DNA of 64,000 bases. It comes from an uncultured Chloroflexia bacterium. GTDB lineage: Bacteria > Chloroflexota > Limnocylindria > Limnocylindrales > CSP1-4. The DNA lies in NCBI GenBank assembly GCA_963833225.1, contig CAWHXD010000006.1, positions 288,001 to 352,000 on the forward strand, written 5' to 3'. A model generated the notes under the pieces. It saw only the letters and a list, made by a program, of their open reading frames with translations. It was not told the origin of the DNA and did not search any database. Positions 59,407 through 64,000 of this stretch are shown here, piece by piece; the first letter of the stretch is position 1, and the number at the start of each line of letters is the position of its first letter. The translations under genes and the position numbers were made by a program.

Positions 59407-59504
59407 CGGGGATCTCCTGTTCGAGGTTGCGGGCTGCGTGCAGGTCACGGTGGCGGAGGGGCGCGGGCTGATTCTGCCGCATGCACCCACCCGGTGCCGA
59501 GAGC

Positions 59505-60809
59505 CTACGGAGCGCGGTCCGCGAAGCGCTCGATCGTGCCCCGGTAGCAGGACACCCAGACCGTCCGGGTGGCGGCGTCGTAGTCGACGCCGATGGGGTG
59601 CACGCCCTTGGTCACCAGGCGCTGGAGCACGACCATGTCGCGTGTCCGCACCTTGACCAGGGTCTGGCTCTCGTAGTTGACGACGTACAGGCTCCGGCCG
59701 TCCGGCGCAAGCACGATCGTCCGTGGGTTTCGACCCGTTGTCACCCGGTCCACGACCCGCTTGGCCCGGATGTCGATCTTCACGACCTGGCCGCCGGTGT
59801 TGAGCGACGCGTAGAGGTACCTGCCGGTGGGGTCGATGACGAGATGGCGCGGCTCACCGTTGAGATACGGGATCAGCGTCCTGAGCTTGCCAGTCGCGAA
59901 CGTGTACACGAGCACCCGCTGCCCGGACTCCGCGGACAGGTAGACCTTCGACGAATCCGGCGCGAAGGCGATGCCGCGCGGGTTTCCGCCCACGACGATT
60001 CGCTTGATCTGGCGTCCCTTGCGCAGGTCCACCAGCGAGACGTCGCGGTTCGTCCAGTTGGCGGCCAGGAGCCAGCGGCCGTCGGGGCTGACGCCCACCG
60101 CCTTGGGCACCGGGCCCACGCGGAACACCCGCGTCTTGCGGAACGTGGACAGGCTGATCTCGTACACGAACGACCGGTCGATCGTGTCGTCCACCCAGCC
60201 CGTGTCCCAGCCGGGGTGGTTGAAGCCGGGTCCGTACATCGAGTACTGCGAGACGTAGATGTGCTTGTGGTCGGGGGCAACGGCGGCTTCCACGGGGGCC
60301 CCGTTCACCCGGCTCGGCCAACGATCGAATCCGAAGCGCGAGAGGTTGACCCGGTCCGAGATCGTCTTCACGAGCTCGCCCTTGCGGTTGTACACGGTCA
60401 TCGTGTGCCGGTACATCATGTTCTGGGCGAAGAACAGGCCGGTGCCGGTGGCGACCACGGACTTGGGCGAGATGTTCCCGCGGATCACCGGCAGGCGGCG
60501 CAGCCGCAGGGAGTCGGATGGTGGCGTTGTGGGGCTCGGGGTGGGGCTCGGCGTCGGTGAGGCGGTCGCGGTGGGCGCGGGTGTGGGGGTTGGCGACGGT
60601 GTGGTGTCCGGCGTCGCAGTCGGCTCGGGCGTGGGGGTCGGCGCGAACGTCGGCGTGGGATCCGCCGCGAGTGTGAGCTCCGGCTCCGGCCCGGGTCCAG
60701 CGGCGACCGCGTGCGCAGGCCCGACGGGCGCGGGCGCAAGCGTGCCGGCGATGAGGCCGGCCATCAGCAGCGCGAGAGATGCCACCCTGGGCGTGGGTCG
60801 CGTGGGCAT
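59505..60809 (-). CDS. Secreted YVTN/YncE-type beta-propeller with Pro/Thr linker
   Basis: Signal peptide, (PT)n linker, repeats such as VGPVPKAVGVSPDG..LAAN, VGGNPRGIAFAPD, TGRNPRTIVLAPDG. Confidence 0.85.
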   Translation of the reverse strand: MPTRPTPRVASLALLMAGLIAGTLAPAPVGPAHAVAAGPGPEPELTLAADPTPTFAPTPTPEPTATPDTTPSPTPTPAPTATASPTPSPTPSPTTPPSDSLRLRRLPVIRGNISPKSVVATGTGLFFAQNMMYRHTMTVYNRKGELVKTISDRVNLSRFGFDRWPSRVNGAPVEAAVAPDHKHIYVSQYSMYGPGFNHPGWDTGWVDDTIDRSFVYEISLSTFRKTRVFRVGPVPKAVGVSPDGRWLLAANWTNRDVSLVDLRKGRQIKRIVVGGNPRGIAFAPDSSKVYLSAESGQRVLVYTFATGKLRTLIPYLNGEPRHLVIDPTGRYLYASLNTGGQVVKIDIRAKRVVDRVTTGRNPRTIVLAPDGRSLYVVNYESQTLVKVRTRDMVVLQRLVTKGVHPIGVDYDAATRTVWVSCYRGTIERFADRAP

Positions 60810-60840
60810 GAGGTCCTGGGTCCTTGGTCCGCCATGGGCG

Positions 60841-60872
60841 CGGCGGGAGCGGCGGGAGCGGCGGGAGCGGCG
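60841..60872. repeat. 9-bp tandem repeat (CGGCGGGAG) x3.5
   Basis: Read directly in the divergent intergenic region. Confidence 0.85.
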
Positions 60873-60927
60873 CCATCATCGCCGATCCGCGCCCGGGCCG
60901 GGTACCGCCAGAAAGTACGATGCCACC

Positions 60928-61218
60928 ATGACCCCCGACGCCACGCTACCCGCGATCGTGATGACGTTCCCCACCCTGGACCAGGCCGAGTCCGCCCTGG
61001 ACTGGATCGGGCTGGAGTTCGTCGAAGGCGAGGACCCGGGCGGCGGCTGGTTTGCGGGCGAGCTGGACGAGGACGCCGCCGAGCGGCTCGCCGCCATCTC
61101 CGGGGACGGCGACACGCCGCCGGAGGTGCAGGCGCTGGCCGTCATCCTCCGTCAGCGCTGGCTCGACCTGGCAGCGGACCGCGGCTGGCGGGTCACCTTC
61201 CCGCGTCTCCCGGACTAG
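60928..61218 (+). CDS. Small acidic hypothetical protein
   Basis: ATG 6 nt after TACGAT; coding-like composition. Confidence 0.6.
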   Translation: MTPDATLPAIVMTFPTLDQAESALDWIGLEFVEGEDPGGGWFAGELDEDAAERLAAISGDGDTPPEVQALAVILRQRWLDLAADRGWRVTFPRLPD

Positions 61219-63938
61219 GTGCAGGGCAGGCTCGCCACCAGCACGCCGTCGGCCTCGCTGAACGTGAACCCCTCCTCCTCGAGGAGCTCCCGCATGCCCT
61301 GGTTGGCAGGGTTCAGCTCGGACACCAGGTGCCCGACGCCCTCACCGCGCGCGACCTCCACCGCCGCTCGCAGCAGGTGCGCTCCCACGCCGCGCCGCTG
61401 CCAGGCATCGGCCACGGTCATGGTCAGCTTCCGGTCCGTGGAGGCATGCACCCGCGTGACCCGCGCGATGCCCGCGAACTCCGGCGTCTCGTCACCCTCG
61501 ATCTCGGCCACGATCGCGAACTGGCGGTCGTAGTCGGCGAAGCAGATTCGCTGGAGGCGGGCGTGGGCCGCCCGCTCCTCGAGGGGCCGGTGCACGCCGT
61601 ACCGCGAGAACACGGTCTCGGGCGACAGGCCGGCGTGGAACCGGGCGGCCGTCGGCTCATCCTCGGGGCGGACGGGCCGGATCAGGAGCTTGGCTCCGTC
61701 GTCGGTGACAGCTTCGTGCTCGTACTCGTGCGGGTACGGCCGGATCGCGAACCGCGGCAGCTCCGCGTCCGGGATCGAGGACGGGTGGAGCATCACCCGC
61801 GCGTCGAGAGCGATGATCCGCTCCGGCGATGCGAGCAGCGGGTTGATGTCGATCTCCGCGATCCGCGGCTGCTCGGCCACGAGCTCGCTGAAGCGCACCA
61901 GGAGCGCGGCGAGGACCTCCTCGTCGATCGCCTTGCGGCCACGGACGCCCTTGAGCGCGTGCGAGATCATCGTCTCGTTGATGAGGCCCAGCGCGAGCGT
62001 GGTGTTGAGCGGCGGCAGGGCCAGGGCGCGGTCCCGGAAGATCTCGACCAGCTGCCCACCCATCCCGAACAGCAGCACCGGCCCGAACTGCGGGTCCGGC
62101 GAGGAGCCCACGATCAGCTCGTAGCCGGACCAGTTGATCATCGGCTGGATGGTGACGCCCTCGAAATGCTCCGCGCCGACCTTCTCGGTGACCGAGTCGC
62201 GGATCTTGGCGAACGCCTCGCGGACCGCCTCCGGGTTGCGCAGGTTGAGGACCACGCCGCCGACGTCGGTCTTGTGGGTGACCGTCCGGGACAGGAGCTT
62301 GGCGACCACCGGGTAGCCGATCTCGTCGGCGGCGGCGACGGCCTCATCCTCGGTCTGGGCAAGCTCGGTGTCCGTGATCGGGATTCCGTAGGCGGCCAGG
62401 ACCTTCTTTGACTCGTACTCCGTGAGCAGCGTCCGGCCCTCGGCGCTGACCTCGGCAATGATGCGGTCCACTTCCTCGCGGAACTCGCCGCGCTCCGGCG
62501 CGACGGGCAGGCGGGGCGTCTCGTACAGGGCCTGGAGGTTGGTGTCGTAGCGCCACAGGTGGTTGAACAGGATGCAGGCCGTGTCCGGGTAGGCGAAGGT
62601 CGGGATGCCGGCCTCGCGCAGGATCCGGGCGCCCTCTTCCACCTCTTCGCCACCCATCCAGGAGGCGAGCACCGGCTTGCCCTCGATGTGGGCGTGCTTG
62701 ACGAGCGCCTTGGCGGTCTCGGTCGGGTCCGTCATCGCCTGCGGCGTCAGGATCACCAGCAGCCCGTCCGTCTCGGGGTCCGCGGCCGCAACCTCGAGCG
62801 CCTTCGCGTAGCGGTCGGGCGGGGCGTCGCCGATGATGTCGATCGGGTTGTTGTGGCTCCACACCGCGGGCAGGACGGCGTTGAGCGACTCCATGGTCTC
62901 GGGGCTGATGGCGGAGAGCTCGCCGCCCCCGCCGATCAACGCGTCCGTGGCGATGACGCCCGGGCCGCCCGCGTTGGTCACGATCGACAGCCGGCGCCCC
63001 TTGGGCCGGGGCTGCTTGGCCAGGATCTCCGAGATCTGGAACAGCTCGCTGATCTTCTCGACCCGCAGCACGCCGGCGCGGCGGAAGGCCGCGTCCAGGA
63101 CGTCGTCGGAGCCCGTGAGCGAGCCGGTGTGGGAGGCGGCCGCCTTTGCCGCCTGGGCGGTTCGCCCGGGCTTGATCACGATGATCGGCTTGGTCAGGGC
63201 GACCTCGCGCGCCGCGGACAGGAACGCCCGCGCGTCGCCGATGGTCTCCATGTAGATCACGATGGAGTCCGTGTGGGGGTCGTTGCTCATGTAGTCGATG
63301 ACGTCGCCCCAGCCCACGTCGAGCATCGAGCCCAGGGACACGATCGAGCTGAACCCGACGTCCTCGTGCGCCGCCCAGTCCAGGACCGCCGTCAGCAGGG
63401 CGCCCGACTGGCTGACGAAGCCGACTCGGCCAGGATTCGCGATGCCCGCGGCGAACGTCGCGTTCAACCGGCCGACCGGGTTCATCACGCCCAGGCAGTT
63501 CGGGCCAACGACGCGGATCCCCCATTTCCGGGCGGCCGCGAGGACCTGGCGCTCGAGCTCCATCCCCTCCGGGCCGACCTCCTTGAACCCGGCGCTGATG
63601 ATGATCACGCCCTTGATGCCGGCCTGGCCGCACTCGTCCACGAGCCCGGGGGCCGTCTTGGCCGGGGTGACGATGACCGCCAGGTCCACCGGCTCGCCGA
63701 TCGCGCCGATCGACGAATATGCCTTGACGCCGAGGATCGCCGGGCGGGTGGGGTTGACCGGGTACACGGTGCCGCCGAACGGAGACGACAGCAGGTTCCA
63801 CAGGATGGTGCGGCCGACGGAGCCTTCCTTCTCGGTCGCGCCGACAACGGCGACGGAGCGCGGGTGGAAGATCGCGTCGAGCGGCTCGCGCTCGGGCGTA
63901 TGGGTGGTGGCGTCGGTCGCCGGTGAGGTGGCGGTCAT
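61215..63938 (-). CDS. Bifunctional ADP-forming acyl-CoA ligase-like / GNAT protein (Pat-type lysine acetyltransferase)
   Basis: [50 protein letters not shown]-terminal GNAT WQRRGVG. Confidence 0.92.
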   Translation of the reverse strand: MTATSPATDATTHTPEREPLDAIFHPRSVAVVGATEKEGSVGRTILWNLLSSPFGGTVYPVNPTRPAILGVKAYSSIGAIGEPVDLAVIVTPAKTAPGLVDECGQAGIKGVIIISAGFKEVGPEGMELERQVLAAARKWGIRVVGPNCLGVMNPVGRLNATFAAGIANPGRVGFVSQSGALLTAVLDWAAHEDVGFSSIVSLGSMLDVGWGDVIDYMSNDPHTDSIVIYMETIGDARAFLSAAREVALTKPIIVIKPGRTAQAAKAAASHTGSLTGSDDVLDAAFRRAGVLRVEKISELFQISEILAKQPRPKGRRLSIVTNAGGPGVIATDALIGGGGELSAISPETMESLNAVLPAVWSHNNPIDIIGDAPPDRYAKALEVAAADPETDGLLVILTPQAMTDPTETAKALVKHAHIEGKPVLASWMGGEEVEEGARILREAGIPTFAYPDTACILFNHLWRYDTNLQALYETPRLPVAPERGEFREEVDRIIAEVSAEGRTLLTEYESKKVLAAYGIPITDTELAQTEDEAVAAADEIGYPVVAKLLSRTVTHKTDVGGVVLNLRNPEAVREAFAKIRDSVTEKVGAEHFEGVTIQPMINWSGYELIVGSSPDPQFGPVLLFGMGGQLVEIFRDRALALPPLNTTLALGLINETMISHALKGVRGRKAIDEEVLAALLVRFSELVAEQPRIAEIDINPLLASPERIIALDARVMLHPSSIPDAELPRFAIRPYPHEYEHEAVTDDGAKLLIRPVRPEDEPTAARFHAGLSPETVFSRYGVHRPLEERAAHARLQRICFADYDRQFAIVAEIEGDETPEFAGIARVTRVHASTDRKLTMTVADAWQRRGVGAHLLRAAVEVARGEGVGHLVSELNPANQGMRELLEEEGFTFSEADGVLVASLPCT

Positions 63939-64000
63939 CAGGATCCTCGGATCAGGGTTCGGGCGCAGACATGCGGGCGCACGGAATGCGTATCCGTAGG

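Noticed and set aside
60530-60872. Repeats as CRISPR or contingency locus
   Set aside because: Pro/Thr linker codons and a short 9-bp tandem repeat; no spacers or cas genes

Overview
Very GC-rich (roughly 70% by eye) bacterial chromosome segment. Gene content and style suggest Chloroflexota, possibly the Limnocylindria/Ellin6529 group; this is inference only. At least a dozen single-base indels break otherwise intact genes, which points to an unpolished long-read assembly. Layout in order: (1) a hydrolase fragment, guaA, then a UPF0182/zinc-ribbon/CPBP membrane cluster, radC and mreB-mreC with no recognisable mreD/pbp2/rodA. (2) A roughly 20 kb cell-surface locus: sulfotransferase, rfbA-rfbB-rfbD, two large secreted FlgD-Ig proteins (one with a clan-CD-like His/Cys dyad, one GH18), GT2, GT4, OafA-type acyltransferase, DUF3048, a 15-aa-repeat beta-solenoid protein, Wzm/Wzt and a PPIase. 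(3) mazG-rph-rdgB. (4) An orphan Hcp-like protein with an eCIS-type 'LQxxxGN..VQR' leader, downstream of a MerR-ArsC fusion plus acr3 that has a 19-bp-spacer MerR promoter. (5) A cis-prenyltransferase and tRNA-Pro(TGG). (6) A roughly 12 kb copper cluster with two paralogous Met-rich two-component systems and a shared 11-bp-period TTGAG direct repeat in three promoters. (7) icd, a YVTN propeller and a Pat-type acyl-CoA ligase/GNAT. No CRISPR array, rRNA, integrase or transposase was seen. All family assignments come from reading motifs by eye; no searches were run.
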